IMG/VR virus record: IMGVR_UViG_3300034104_003304
Span: 11,860-75,859 of that record
DNA from: a virus
DNA: 64,000 nt
Reading direction: 5' to 3' (one strand)
In this document: piece by piece, positions 39,585 through 51,192 of the stretch
Numbering within the stretch: position 1 is the first letter of the stretch
How the letters are laid out: every line of letters starts with the position of its first letter
Program-made: the position numbers and the translations under genes
The notes under the pieces: generated by a model
Databases searched by the model: none
Seen by the model: the letters and a program-made list of their open reading frames with translations, nothing else
What the model was told of the DNA's origin: nothing

Positions 39585-40762
39585 GTACGATGGTATAATA
39601 TGTTGGCGGGCGTGAAGCAAGCCATGTTGCAAGTCACTGAAGACATTCGCCAGTATCTTTAAACTATGGGCGAAAGTAGTCATAGACAAATTATTTGTCC
39701 TATGGAGGTGATTTATGAGTTGTTTTTTCGTTGATCGTATCGATGATTCTAATCGTCAAGAGATACAAGATAAGTACATACAGGCTATCATAGCTCATAT
39801 GGACTTTATGGAGATTAGAGATGCTCTACGTGAGTATCTATTCAAAGAAAAGAATAGGTATACACACAAGCATTTATATAGAGAGATTAAGAGACAGAAT
39901 CCAGAAATTCTACGTGAAATCTTTCAAGATGATTATGTAGACACTCTTACAAATTAAAGGTGCTACCATGAAAAATCTAAAAGTCACAATTGAAAATAAA
40001 GCATATTTAACACGAAGATATGTGGACTATATAGTTTCACATATGGACGAAATAGATATGCTTGAAAGTATCAAGGATTATATTTACAGAGAAAAATATA
40101 ACTACCCAAATGCAACACTAGAAGTTGAAATTGGTAGACATTGCCCAGAACTTCTACAAGACCATACCACAGAGGAATTAGTGGGTAAAGGAGGCGAGTA
40201 TGCCAAAGCCATTTAAAAGAATTATATCATTCGAAGTAGAGGGTGAACTTTATGATGATAAAATTCAACCAGAGGAAATCATTAAAAGTTATAGTTGGAG
40301 ATTTAAAGGTTATCATGATCAACACGGTGAAGATAAATGTTTTTTAGAAGCATCTCACTCTCATCCCCGTGGACAAATAACTAAAATAAATTTTAAATCA
40401 ATTACCAAAAAACCACCGGTGTTACAGGCTGAATTATTTGAAGAATCCATTCAATGAGGTGATTTATGACTACTATTCCTTTCATACAGTATTGGGTTGT
40501 TGGAGGTCTTGTTAGTGTATTAGCTTTGGTAAGTCTGTATTATCTATTCTTTCATTGCAGAAAGGATCTGAAAACATGACCAAAGTTATATTATTAATTT
40601 TTGCTTTATTTATCTCTGCATGTAAGCCGGTTTGTACTTGTGGTAATGTAAATTGTGGTCCAGATTGTAGAAATAAATGCGAAGGAAATAGATGTTATCC
40701 CGGCATACCATGTTGCGATAAATGTATTTGCGGTACGCTAGAGAGTTTAAAGAAGTAAATAC

Positions 40763-40802
40763 GAGGCAGGGTTGGTGTAAAAGCCAGCCCTGCTTTTGTA
40801 TT
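40763..40802 (+). terminator. Rho-independent terminator
   Basis: GAGGCAGGGTTGG...CCAGCCCTGCTTT followed by a T-rich tail. Confidence 0.7.
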
Positions 40803-40882
40803 TCCTGAGTCTATTTAATATCAATAGATTTAGGTGTATATACTAAGGATAGTTATACATATTAGCCAATGGAGGGTTTTCT

Positions 40883-41224
40883 ATGAAAAACTCTAGCTTT
40901 ATCTCTGTGTTCTTAATATCCTTTCTTATCTCAATATCAACTGTTCTCGCTTATGAAAACCAACAGAAAACTCTTTTAATTTTTTCAGCAGATTGGTGCC
41001 ATTACTGTCAAGTAGCTAAGAATGACATTAATAAAAACAATAAACTTTCTGAAGTCATTAAAAATTATGATATCATCGAACTAGATCACGGTGTTGACAA
41101 AGATGCCTTCACGGGCTATAATATCAAAGTGCTGCCAACCTTTGTAATCATGCAAAATGGCAGAGAGATTGGTCGTAGCACAGGCTACAACGGTTATAAA
41201 TCATTGTATAATTTTTTGAAATAG
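40883..41224 (+). CDS. Secreted thioredoxin-family protein
   Basis: Signal peptide, FSADWCHYC, LPTF. Confidence 0.85.
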   Translation: MKNSSFISVFLISFLISISTVLAYENQQKTLLIFSADWCHYCQVAKNDINKNNKLSEVIKNYDIIELDHGVDKDAFTGYNIKVLPTFVIMQNGREIGRSTGYNGYKSLYNFLK

Positions 41225-41229
41225 AAAAC

Positions 41230-41580
41230 GGGCCAGTACAGGTATCGACAGGTAAAATAGATATAAACTGCATTAACTGGTTGATCGGTTGGCCAGTATA
41301 AAAGCCGATTAAAAATGTTAATTGGCGAAGTAACTCTCGCTCTCGCTGCCTAATTAGATTAGGTACTGAGTGGGGCGACATGAGCCTTATTACCAAATCA
41401 TGTTGACTCCGATAATCGGATATGGTAGCCTTACCAGACATAAATAGGGATGATGATTGTACTCAATCTGACTCAGATAATTCTGATAGCTTTGTCAGTA
41501 GTGTGATAACAACTGAATAATAATGTAGACGTTTATGTTGATGTTTACTCTGGACAGGGGTTCGATTCCCCTCTGGTCCA
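41230..41580 (+). ncRNA. ssrA: tmRNA; tag (A)GEVTLALAA*
   Basis: GGGCCAG...GGTATCGAC 5' end, GGACAGGGGTTCGATTCCCCT-CTGGTCCA 3' end, tag reading frame ending LAA-TAA. Confidence 0.92.
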
Positions 41581-41685
41581 CTGATAAGAAAAATTAAAGG
41601 TTGCAAAACGGTTTTGACGATACTACAATGTGGTTAGTTGATCCGTATGGAAGCGTGATAGTTTTTATTAACTAAGGAGAAGTTT

Positions 41686-41901
41686 ATGAAGAGTTTGATT
41701 GCTTGTTTTGCGATTATTGTTTGCGGTAGCGTTGCTAGTGCTGGCGAGTGCGTAAATGGTCAGTGTAGCCTACGCAGCCGAACAGTTTCAGTCGCCCGCG
41801 AAATTATTAACGTGCCTGTACAGGTCACTAGGCGAACTGTAGAAGCAACACGCAATGTGGGCCGACGCACGGTAGCACGGGTTCGCAGCGTTGTTCGCTA
41901 A
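41686..41901 (+). CDS. Secreted Cys/Arg-rich peptide
   Basis: Signal peptide then ECVNGQC. Confidence 0.65.
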   Translation: MKSLIACFAIIVCGSVASAGECVNGQCSLRSRTVSVAREIINVPVQVTRRTVEATRNVGRRTVARVRSVVR

Positions 41902-41998
41902 TCAATAATGGAAAAGAGAAAACTCCCGATGCCTCTTAACAATGCACACTTTCGGGAGTCTTTTCCTAACTATCAAGATTTACATCAAGGAGGATGCA

Positions 41999-42325
41999 AT
42001 GAAAACTTTTATGGTATTTATGGTAATAATGGCTATGTCAACGATCACGGCTTATGCAGAAGGTAATGTTAGATATTATTCTAGCAAACCTAAAACATAT
42101 AGTTATACTAGCAATTCATCAGCACAGGGTGTTGCTGAAATACAAGCTAATCGTTGCAGCATGGGTCATTGTGGTGGCAATAGTGGTTATGAGGGGGTAG
42201 GATTTAGTAGCAACAGTGCGGATGCCGCAGTCAGAAATTGTTGTTATTGGGGTCAAAAAACACCAATCGAAATTGGAGTTGCCCGTGGTCGTAATGGATG
42301 GTATGCTTGTGTAAGGTATAAATAA
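41999..42325 (+). CDS. Secreted CAP/SCP-like small protein
   Basis: Signal peptide; MGH...YEGVG...CCYW...GVARGRNGWYAC. Confidence 0.55.
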   Translation: MKTFMVFMVIMAMSTITAYAEGNVRYYSSKPKTYSYTSNSSAQGVAEIQANRCSMGHCGGNSGYEGVGFSSNSADAAVRNCCYWGQKTPIEIGVARGRNGWYACVRYK

Positions 42326-42384
42326 TAAAACCCCCAGCATATATGCCGAGGGTTCCATTATAAATATCAAAAATTTAACTAAAA

Positions 42385-42735
42385 TCAGTCAGGATTATAT
42401 TCGGGTTCGTCTGAAACGTCTAAAATTTGAGTATTAGCTATAAAGCTAACATTAAATGTTTTTCTTGTTGTATTATCTGGATTAGTATTAATTGTTGAGG
42501 ATATTGTGAAATTTTTAGCTTTTGTCTGAGTATTTACACCGCTAGCATAAACTGGCAATGCTGCATAATCATCATCAATAACGCTTAACATAGAAAAAAG
42601 AATTTCTTTAATATCTGTTAAATTTGCGGGATTGCCTGAACATGTTGGTAAACTGCTAACTGGAAATACGGCAAAACCACCCTCATCTGTGACGTAACCG
42701 GTAAAAAGATTTGTTGGATCAGAATAATAAGCCAT
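42385..42735 (-). CDS. Hypothetical (possible virion) protein
   Basis: Preceded by the GTGTAT motif on the minus strand. Confidence 0.55.
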   Translation of the reverse strand: MAYYSDPTNLFTGYVTDEGGFAVFPVSSLPTCSGNPANLTDIKEILFSMLSVIDDDYAALPVYASGVNTQTKAKNFTISSTINTNPDNTTRKTFNVSFIANTQILDVSDEPEYNPD

Positions 42736-42807
42736 GATTTGTACTCCATCATTATTTTGTAAATATTTACATACCATCACACAAATATACACCAAAATAG
42801 GATAATT

Positions 42808-43335
42808 ATGACAAATACCGATTATAATCTGCTTGGGCTAGGAATATATAATAATTTTATTTCTGATGACGAACATGATCTATTGCTAAAAGAAATAGAG
42901 AACGAATTAATTGATTTTACTTCTACTGGATATATGAATAGGAATAAAGTTAAAAGATATGGCGATATTAAAATGTGTGAGAATAATCATGTAAAATTAG
43001 ATTTTCCACCTATTATAGATCAGATATCTAATAAGCTTGTTGACAGCAATATATTAAAATATAAACCAGATACTATTAATATCAATGAATACCTAAAAGG
43101 GGATTTCATAGCTCCACATATAGATAGAGTTGCAAGCGGCCCAATAGTTACCATCTTAAGTTTAAGATCACCATGTAAAATGATTTTTACGAATGGTAGA
43201 AAAACTTTTGATTTAATTTTAATGCCAAAAATGTTAATACAAATGAAAAATTCTATAAGATGGCACTGGCATCATTCAATATCTCCAGTTGAAGATACTA
43301 GATATTCTATTGTATTTAGGAATAAGCATGAATAA
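42808..43335 (+). CDS. AlkB-like 2OG-Fe(II) oxygenase
   Basis: INEY...IAPHID...LSL...WHHSI...RYSIVFR. Confidence 0.85.
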   Translation: MTNTDYNLLGLGIYNNFISDDEHDLLLKEIENELIDFTSTGYMNRNKVKRYGDIKMCENNHVKLDFPPIIDQISNKLVDSNILKYKPDTININEYLKGDFIAPHIDRVASGPIVTILSLRSPCKMIFTNGRKTFDLILMPKMLIQMKNSIRWHWHHSISPVEDTRYSIVFRNKHE

Positions 43336-44074
43336 TCATATACCATTACCGGGAATATCATGCTATTGTTCAACGTATGGTCGTCCAAAGCGATTATTAG
43401 AAAATAGCATTCAATGTTTTCTTGAGCAAGACTACAAAGGACCAAAAGAATTGGTTATATTGAATGATTTTGATCAACAGGAACTCATATTTGATCATCC
43501 AGAAGTCACAATCATTAATAACCCCCAAAGAATAACACCGCTCGGCAAAAAATTTAATCACAATATTAATCTTTGTAAGTATGACATACTTGCCACTTGG
43601 GAAGATGATGATGTATTTCTAAGGAATAGACTATCATATAGTTATGATCATTTAAATAATGGCTTATTCCATACTCATAATGCTTTTTATGAAGTAGAAG
43701 AAAAAAATATTATCACCGCTCAGAATGTATTTCATAGTACGCACATGTTTACTAGAAAGGTTTTTGAAACTACTAAATATGATGAATCTGAAGATTCATG
43801 CGCTTTAGATATATCTTTAATATCAAAATTGCGTCAAGAATACGGTAATTATACTCAAGACGTTGACATCGAAAATATATTCTATATTTATGTTTGGGCC
43901 GGTAGTCAAAGCTATCATGGAAGTGGTCATGGTCCAGCGAACAAAGAAATATCAGCAATGGCAGAGAACATAGTTAAAAATCAGATATTGCAAAACAATG
44001 TTCAAACTGGTACAATATGTTTGGAACCAAAGCTTAGGTATAACTTTTATGATTACTTACCGATAGGGGGGTAA
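43328..44074 (+). CDS. GT2-like glycosyltransferase
   Basis: STYGRP...FLEQDY...ELVILND...WEDDD. Confidence 0.8.
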   Translation: MNNHIPLPGISCYCSTYGRPKRLLENSIQCFLEQDYKGPKELVILNDFDQQELIFDHPEVTIINNPQRITPLGKKFNHNINLCKYDILATWEDDDVFLRNRLSYSYDHLNNGLFHTHNAFYEVEEKNIITAQNVFHSTHMFTRKVFETTKYDESEDSCALDISLISKLRQEYGNYTQDVDIENIFYIYVWAGSQSYHGSGHGPANKEISAMAENIVKNQILQNNVQTGTICLEPKLRYNFYDYLPIGG

Positions 44075-44199
44075 TGATGTTTTATTGGGGTAGTTATCGA
44101 CCTATACTGAGATTGATCAATCAATTGCGAAAAATGGATATGCGAACAATCCATCCAATAGCATTTAAATCCACGCTTGTTCGTAAAAAAGAGGGTAAC

Positions 44200-44493
44200 A
44201 TGTCACTAGTTTATAATGTAACCGCTGGACCAGTTGTAGATAACGATGTTGTCGAGCGTAGGCTAACAGTAACTGTTAATGGTGAAGTATCACAAGTAGC
44301 CACAAACTCAAATGATACTACTTCATTCGGAGAGTTTTCCTTTGCAGAAAATGACAACGTTGTTCTAACACTGGTTGACGTTGATGATGCTGGAAACGTA
44401 AGTTCCCCAGCAGTATTAGAGTTTACCGCTGCCGATACCATTCCTCCAGCAAAGCCGGGAGAATTTGGAGTAACTTTGGTACGAGAAGAGTAA
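44200..44493 (+). CDS. Small Ig/FN3-like protein
   Basis: VDDAGNVS...DTIPPAKPG. Confidence 0.55.
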   Translation: MSLVYNVTAGPVVDNDVVERRLTVTVNGEVSQVATNSNDTTSFGEFSFAENDNVVLTLVDVDDAGNVSSPAVLEFTAADTIPPAKPGEFGVTLVREE

Positions 44494-44516
44494 ATAAGTC
44501 AATTTATTGGCACAGA

Positions 44517-44549
44517 TAAGGGGATAGCCCATCGGCTATCCCTTTATTG
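44517..44549. terminator. Hairpin terminator
   Basis: AAGGGATAGCC-CATC-GGCTATCCCTTT. Confidence 0.65.
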
Positions 44550-44610
44550 TTATATGGAAAGGTGTATATAGTATTGGTAATTTCATAACCGGCACCGAAG
44601 GGATATCGCC

Positions 44611-45381
44611 ATGAAAAAGCTAATATTAATACTTTTCTGTCTATTTCTAGAGAATAATTTGATAGCTGGCACAATAGACCAAAACGTGCCAGATTCTAAA
44701 TATGTTGAATATGGCGATAAGCATGAGTCTGTAGTAAAACTAGAAGGAAATTACGATAATAAAGATAATACATATTTTTACGCATCAGCAGTAGTTATTA
44801 AACCTAGATGGTTATTAACTGCCGCACACGTAATTAAAGGTAGTAAAAATTGTAGAATTGTTGTTGGTAAAAAAACTATACCAATAGACTTCATAAAGCA
44901 CCATGCTTCATATGAAGAAAATAAATTTGGAAAATACGATATTGGAATAGGGCATTTAAAAGAAGATGCCAATATATCTTTTTATCCAGAGTTATATAGC
45001 AAAGACGATGAGGTTGGTAAAATTTGTAGCATGGCTGGATATGGAGTTACTGGAACATTTCAAAGCACAGAAAGAAAAGTAGATAATCTTAAAAGAGCAG
45101 GATCAAATACAGTAGAAGCTATAGATAGAGACTTATTGATATGTTCTTTAAAAGATGGGCCAAGAACCAGTTTAGAATTTTTGATATGTCATGGCGATAG
45201 TGGTGGTGGTTTATTTATAGATAAAAAACTAGCAGGAATAAATTCCTGTATTCTTACGGAAGATAAAAAATTAGATTCAAATATTAATGATTGGTCTGGA
45301 CATACTAGAGTTAGTTTATTTATTGATTGGGTAAAAGAGGTAATGGATACCATAGAAAAGGCAGAGCAAGCCAAACCATGA
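44611..45381 (+). CDS. Secreted trypsin-like serine protease
   Basis: LTAAH, DIG, GDSGG; signal peptide. Confidence 0.9.
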   Translation: MKKLILILFCLFLENNLIAGTIDQNVPDSKYVEYGDKHESVVKLEGNYDNKDNTYFYASAVVIKPRWLLTAAHVIKGSKNCRIVVGKKTIPIDFIKHHASYEENKFGKYDIGIGHLKEDANISFYPELYSKDDEVGKICSMAGYGVTGTFQSTERKVDNLKRAGSNTVEAIDRDLLICSLKDGPRTSLEFLICHGDSGGGLFIDKKLAGINSCILTEDKKLDSNINDWSGHTRVSLFIDWVKEVMDTIEKAEQAKP

Positions 45382-45701
45382 TTTTTCAAAAACTACTAAA
45401 GTATTTTTTCAGAACAGACGAATATGGTGCTAGGTCGCCACGCTGGGCTATAATAAGGAAAGAGCATCTAGAAAATAATCCAGACTGTGCAGCATGTGGA
45501 AGAAATAAAAAGATAGAGGTTCATCATATAAAACCATTTCATTTAAATCCAGAATTAGAATTAGATCCAAATAATTTGATTTCTTTATGCGACGATCCTT
45601 GTCACTTTGTGTTTGGTCATTTAATGAATTATAGGAGTTGGAATACCAATGTTATCGAAGACTGTAAAAGATATCTTGACAGAATTAAAAATAGGCCATA
45701 A
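45378..45701 (+). CDS. HNH endonuclease
   Basis: CAAC...EVHHI...NLISLC...CH. Confidence 0.85.
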   Translation: MIFQKLLKYFFRTDEYGARSPRWAIIRKEHLENNPDCAACGRNKKIEVHHIKPFHLNPELELDPNNLISLCDDPCHFVFGHLMNYRSWNTNVIEDCKRYLDRIKNRP

Positions 45702-46461
45702 ATTTTATATAGTATTGAGCATACAGGGTTTTTGTTTAGGATATATGATTGGATTTTTAATGTCTTATTTTGAAATTCTATAACTTGCTATTGACAAAAT
45801 TGACTTGGTGGGCTATCATAGTTAGATGCAAGCTCACCCAAAAGAAAAATTGAACATGTTAGACTTAAGAGAATACAACAAAGCTCCCTCTAGTTATTTA
45901 GAGGATAAACAAAAAATTAAAAAATTGATATCAGATGTGGGCTATAAACATCTTCTTGAATATCTTATCGAAGATATAGATAACTATGAAATTCTTGGCC
46001 ATGATGATTTATGGATATTAAGAATGGCAGAAAGTCTAGAAGATGCTTACAATGTATTTATGCAAAAGTATAAGGACGAAGACAACATAGATAGTAGGAT
46101 AACACCAAATGAGAATTGATCACGCATTAAATGTTAAGGTTGGAGATCATCTAATGAATACATTCTTGGATGACGTTGTTGTAACCAGTATATACAAAGA
46201 AGGTGGAGTCATTGTATTTGGAACAATCGACACAAGACTAAGACAAGTAGCTTACTCATATGATTATGTATACTTAGTCGATATTGGCCCAAATGATATT
46301 TCTGATGAAGAATCTAGTTTTATAAATTGGGCTAAAGAAAATAGAGAAAGCATAGAAGAACAGTTAGAAAATTTAGATTTAGTCAAGCAGTCTTATATGC
46401 AGGGATTTGGAATGGGTTTTGCTTATAAAAGAATAATATCCCATGAGGAGTCAATGCAAAA

Positions 46462-47112
46462 ATGAATAATGTAAAACTAATCAGTATCACTCCAGACGTT
46501 GAAAAGCTTATGGCGTATTGTGCTAAGGTAAGTAATCCAAATGGACAAGATAGTGATAATTATGCAAAACTATTAAAGTATTGCATCGCTCATGAGCATT
46601 GGAGTATTTTTGAGCAAGGTTTTATGACCGTAGAGATTAATACCACAAGAGGTATAGCGGCACAGATTCTTCGCCACCGTAGTTTTACATTTCAAGAGTT
46701 TAGCCAACGATATGCAGATGCCACTCTATTAGCAGAAGATATTCCACTTTTTGAATTAAGGCGGCAAGACAATAAGAATCGTCAAAATAGCATTGATGAT
46801 ATATCTGATGAGATTAAAGTAAAATGGAATACACAAATTCGTGAACATTTTTCTAAAGCTAAGGCTATTTATGATGGCATGATTGCAGATGGTATAGCTA
46901 AAGAATGTGCAAGGTTTGTATTGCCACTAGCAGTCCCAACAAGACTATATATGAGTGGCACCATTAGATCATGGATTCACTATATAAATCTACGATCTTC
47001 TCATGGCACACAGAAAGAACATATGGATATAGCTAATAGCGTTAAGGAAATTTTTATTCAACAATTACCAGTTGTTTCTCAAGCATTGGAGTGGAATAAT
47101 GATCAAGCTTGA
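46462..47112 (+). CDS. thyX: Flavin-dependent thymidylate synthase
   Basis: HWSIFE, QILRHRSFTFQEFSQRY, KECARFVLP, TQKEH. Confidence 0.95.
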   Translation: MNNVKLISITPDVEKLMAYCAKVSNPNGQDSDNYAKLLKYCIAHEHWSIFEQGFMTVEINTTRGIAAQILRHRSFTFQEFSQRYADATLLAEDIPLFELRRQDNKNRQNSIDDISDEIKVKWNTQIREHFSKAKAIYDGMIADGIAKECARFVLPLAVPTRLYMSGTIRSWIHYINLRSSHGTQKEHMDIANSVKEIFIQQLPVVSQALEWNNDQA

Positions 47113-47491
47113 TATGTCCGAAAGCGATATTATTAGGGCAGTTAAAAATTCTACCACATCCCCGCTGCAATATTTAAGTGCTAGATTCTTCAAAAGAGAT
47201 GTACGAGATATTGATGTTGGAAGAGATGGAATTATAATCTGGGAAAATGATATCGATGATTATATATCCTACAGATATTGTGAAGAATATATTCAACTTT
47301 TAGATCAATTTATTTCTGAATGGGAAGAGTTTGTCGATGGAGAACTAAGTGATTTTGACTTAGAACCCATATCTTTTTGCGTATACCAGAACGGTTGAAA
47401 AAAATTTCAAGTCTGCTGCTTGACAACGCCGATACATGGTGTAGAATCAAAGCATATTCAGTCACTTAGCACTTTTAGGAGATAAGCAATT

Positions 47492-49600
47492 ATGAAACTT
47501 CACGCTAGCACCAACGTCATTGAAAAGTCTGGTAACTTTGAAGAGTCAAAGTTCAGCATCGAAGCTTCGTCTAAAGCGTTTTTCATTCTGTCTGACGGTC
47601 TTTATTCTAACAAGATTCTCGCGGTTGTTCGTGAGCTTTCTACCAATGCGTATGATTCGCACGTTGAGGCTGGCAAGGTCAACGTTCCGTTCGATGTTCA
47701 TCTGCCCACGCAGCTTGAACCTACGTTTTTTATTCGTGACTACGGCACCAGCATGGATCACGATAGCTGTATGCAACTTTATACAACATATTTCCGCAGT
47801 ACGCGAAACAATAGTAATGACGCTGTGGGTTGTCTTGGTCTTGGTAGCAAGGCTCCCTTTGCTTATTCTGATAGTTTTACTGTTGAGGCTTTCCTTGATG
47901 GCAAGCGTAGGCTTTATGCTGCCTATAAGAATGAGGATGGTAGCCCCGTGTTCTCTCTGATGGATACTTTTGAAACGACTGAGCCTAATGGCATCAAGGT
48001 TTCTATCAGTGTTCAAGATAACGACGTTAATCGATTTATTCGTGAGGCTCATAAGGTTTATGAGTTCTTCAAGGTTCGCCCCAAGTTTATCGGTGAATCT
48101 ATTTCTTATGAAAATCCCAACAAGGTTATTGAGGGAACCAACTGGTATTTTGATGATAACAGTTCTGACAATCTGATTATCATGGGTCAGATTGCATACC
48201 CCCTTGATCACTACCAGCTTATGAATAGCGGTTTTGATAATAAGACTGTTAGTTTTATTCAAGATTCCAGCGGTCTGCGTCTTTTCGTAAAGATTGGTGA
48301 TGTTGATATTACTCCTAGTCGTGAATCTTTGTCTTATAGCAAGGAAACTAAGACTAATATCGTCAACATGGCACGTACTATTGCTGAAGAGATCGCGGTC
48401 AAGATTCAAGAAGAAATTAAGAGTCAACCGTCTTTGTTTAAAGCACGTAAGAAATATGTACAGGTTAGTGATCAGTGCCATTCTATCAAGACTGCTGTTG
48501 AATCACTGCATAAATCTCTTACTTGGAATGATACCAAGCTTTTTGATAGTAATGCTGCTGAAAGTGTTGGTATTAAGGGTTGCAGCGTAGATATTTTTGA
48601 AAAGTCTCAGTGGCGTAAAAAGATTGAGGTTAAGAAGAATGCCGAACATATGTTCTTCGGTACTAAAACCAAGTTTATTGTTGACGATCTTAATCGCGGT
48701 GGCGTTAGTCGGATTCGTCAAATGATGCGTGATGCTAATAATAGTCAGGTCTGCTACTGCTACAAGCTTTCTAGTGGAGAGACTGTTGACAGTTGCAAGC
48801 TGTATGATATCATGGGTGGAGCAACCAAAGAGGATGTGATCCTTACGTCGAATCTTCCCAAGGTTGAGTACAATCGTCAAAGCTATGGTAATTCAGACGG
48901 TTTGCCCGCTGTTCAAATTCAAGTCTATAATGAAGAAACTGGCAAGTTTGAAGTGTGTAACATGAGCGTAAAGTTCGAAAACGCCCACTATTTCATCGAA
49001 GCGAAAGATACTATCAAGATCGGCTATTCACATGTCGATACTAGGTATCTGCAAGATGTACTGACTTGGGTTCATCAAAACTATAGCGAAGTTGTTAGCG
49101 ATGCCACGTTTTATATTGTTAAGCCTTCTGTGGCTAAGAATCGTAAACTGGAACAGCGAGACAACTGGACTAATGGTTGCAATTTGCTTGAGACTGTTTT
49201 CGCAGATGCTGTTGAAAAGCACCGCGAAGATATTATCACTGTGAATACTCGCAGCCCATTGTCTGCCTCTAGGAATGATCGCTGGATTGATATTCTCAAC
49301 ATGACTAAGACTAATTGCAAAGCAAAGCAGATTGCGACAGAGTATAATGAATACAGGAAGAGGATTGACAACATCTCAGCCGACATGTATACTATTCAAG
49401 GTATGGCAGAAAAACTGCACAGCGTTGAAGCGGTCAATTTTAGCAACGTGAAGATCAACACTGATAAGTTTTCGAAAGAATTTGATAAGGAAATGATGAA
49501 GTATCCCATGCTTAAGTTTGCCGCCAATGTCTGGGGCGAAGCTGATAAGCAACTTGTGGCCGATTATATCGACTGCATTGAGAACAATAACACACTGTGA
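47492..49600 (+). CDS. rIIA: rIIA-like protein (GHKL ATPase N-terminus)
   Basis: LYSNKILAVVRELSTNAYDSH, IRDYG, GCLGLGSKAPFAY. Confidence 0.88.
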   Translation: MKLHASTNVIEKSGNFEESKFSIEASSKAFFILSDGLYSNKILAVVRELSTNAYDSHVEAGKVNVPFDVHLPTQLEPTFFIRDYGTSMDHDSCMQLYTTYFRSTRNNSNDAVGCLGLGSKAPFAYSDSFTVEAFLDGKRRLYAAYKNEDGSPVFSLMDTFETTEPNGIKVSISVQDNDVNRFIREAHKVYEFFKVRPKFIGESISYENPNKVIEGTNWYFDDNSSDNLIIMGQIAYPLDHYQLMNSGFDNKTVSFIQDSSGLRLFVKIGDVDITPSRESLSYSKETKTNIVNMARTIAEEIAVKIQEEIKSQPSLFKARKKYVQVSDQCHSIKTAVESLHKSLTWNDTKLFDSNAAESVGIKGCSVDIFEKSQWRKKIEVKKNAEHMFFGTKTKFIVDDLNRGGVSRIRQMMRDANNSQVCYCYKLSSGETVDSCKLYDIMGGATKEDVILTSNLPKVEYNRQSYGNSDGLPAVQIQVYNEETGKFEVCNMSVKFENAHYFIEAKDTIKIGYSHVDTRYLQDVLTWVHQNYSEVVSDATFYIVKPSVAKNRKLEQRDNWTNGCNLLETVFADAVEKHREDIITVNTRSPLSASRNDRWIDILNMTKTNCKAKQIATEYNEYRKRIDNISADMYTIQGMAEKLHSVEAVNFSNVKINTDKFSKEFDKEMMKYPMLKFAANVWGEADKQLVADYIDCIENNNTL

Positions 49601-49623
49601 AAGGTCTAAACTAGGAGTATATC

Positions 49624-50490
49624 ATGAAATATATTATTGCAAATGACGGTAACGTTACAGCGGTGGTCAGCAGTCAAACGTATAACTTTGGCAAAGCCCA
49701 CCCAAATTATAATAAGCTGGTCAATCATCTTAAGAATAATAATGTTGAGCATTTCGAAGCTTGCTACGATATCGTGTCTCATCTTAATTCTTATTGCGAG
49801 GGCTATGTGAATTGTGCGGACGGTGTTCTGAACTGGGATGGTATTAAGATGCCCAATATGTTTACCAGCACAATTCTGGATATGGTCAAGCAGGGTTTTC
49901 CTTTTGAGCCGATGCTTAACTTCCTTGATAATATGAGCCAGAATCCTTCTGACCATGCTATCGTTGAATTGTTTGACTTTATGGAGAATAAGCACATGCC
50001 TATTACTATGGACGGGCACTTCTTGGCATATAAGGCTGTTCGTTCAGACTGTAAAGATATCTATTCTGGCACGTTTGATAATTCAGTTGGTAGCGTATGC
50101 TCAGTGCCACGTAGTCAAGTAGACGGTAATCGTGATAATGGTTGTGGCAAGGGTTTGCACGTTGGTGCTATCGATTATGCTAAGTCTTATGGTGGTATTA
50201 ATCTTGATGAAGATGGTGACAATGATGGTGGAAATCAGCTTATGATTTGCAAGGTTAATCCCCGCGACGTTGTTAGCGTTCCTACGGATCATAAGTTCCA
50301 AAAGCTTCGCACTTGTCGCTATGAAGTTGTGTCTAAGTTTGATAGCATCTTCGATAAGATCATCCATATGACAGAGCAGGACAAGGCTTACATGGCAACT
50401 AAGAAGCGTAACCGCGAATGGGTTGTTGAAGTTACAGCAAAGCTTGACAAGATTAATTCGGTTCTTAGTAAGAAGTTGATGAGTGTGTGA
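49624..50490 (+). CDS. rIIB: rIIB-like protein
   Basis: NPS...ELFDF...DGHFLAYK...GLHVG...KVNPRDVVSVPTD...KLRTCRYEV. Confidence 0.88.
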   Translation: MKYIIANDGNVTAVVSSQTYNFGKAHPNYNKLVNHLKNNNVEHFEACYDIVSHLNSYCEGYVNCADGVLNWDGIKMPNMFTSTILDMVKQGFPFEPMLNFLDNMSQNPSDHAIVELFDFMENKHMPITMDGHFLAYKAVRSDCKDIYSGTFDNSVGSVCSVPRSQVDGNRDNGCGKGLHVGAIDYAKSYGGINLDEDGDNDGGNQLMICKVNPRDVVSVPTDHKFQKLRTCRYEVVSKFDSIFDKIIHMTEQDKAYMATKKRNREWVVEVTAKLDKINSVLSKKLMSV

Positions 50491-50502
50491 TTGAATGTTT
50501 GA

Positions 50503-50542
50503 GAGTATAACGGGGATGGGGAAACTCACCCCGTTTACTCTT
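50503..50542 (+). terminator. Hairpin after rIIB
   Basis: GAGTA.AACGGGG...CCCCGTTTACTC. Confidence 0.55.
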
Positions 50543-50658
50543 AAAATAATTACTGTCTTACCTTTTCCATCAAGATTATTTATAAAATTATGGATCTATT
50601 AAAATACCAGTTATTGTGTATATAAATATATGATCGGTACACAGCAAGAGGTATTAAA

Positions 50659-51192
50659 GTGAAAAATAATATAGGCGACAAAAAATATAATCTTCAAATA
50701 TTAGAAATTATAAGAGAAAATAATAAAATTTCAAAGTATAAATGTATTTGTGAATGTGGTAATGAAAAGACGATACCAACAAATAAGTTTGGAGTAACAA
50801 AAACGTGCGGTTGTAGAAAAACAACAATAGGATCATTGCATAGAAAATGGAAGGGATATAAAGACATACAGGGTGGAATATGGTATCAATATATTAGAAA
50901 TGCAAACAAAAGAAATATTCTATTTGATTTAAATATTAAAGACGCTTGGGATATATTTGAACAACAAAATCAAAAATGCGCATTATCTGGTTTAGATATA
51001 AAATTTGGACGAAGAGGAAAATTGCACCATAGAATAGAAACCACAGCATCTCTAGATAGAATAAATAACGATATGGGATATACTAAAGATAACGTGCATT
51101 GGGTACATAAAAAAATAAATCAGATTAAAATGGATATGAGTATGCAAGAATTTATAGAATTATGTAAGAAAGTTAGCAATGAAAATAAATAA
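50659..51192 (+). CDS. Free-standing HNH-like endonuclease
   Basis: CICECG...CGC; CALSG...ASLDRINNDMGYTKDNVHWV...N.IK. Confidence 0.8.
   Translation: MKNNIGDKKYNLQILEIIRENNKISKYKCICECGNEKTIPTNKFGVTKTCGCRKTTIGSLHRKWKGYKDIQGGIWYQYIRNANKRNILFDLNIKDAWDIFEQQNQKCALSGLDIKFGRRGKLHHRIETTASLDRINNDMGYTKDNVHWVHKKINQIKMDMSMQEFIELCKKVSNENK

Noticed and set aside
47546..48481. 311-aa minus-strand ORF
   Set aside because: Antisense shadow of rIIA
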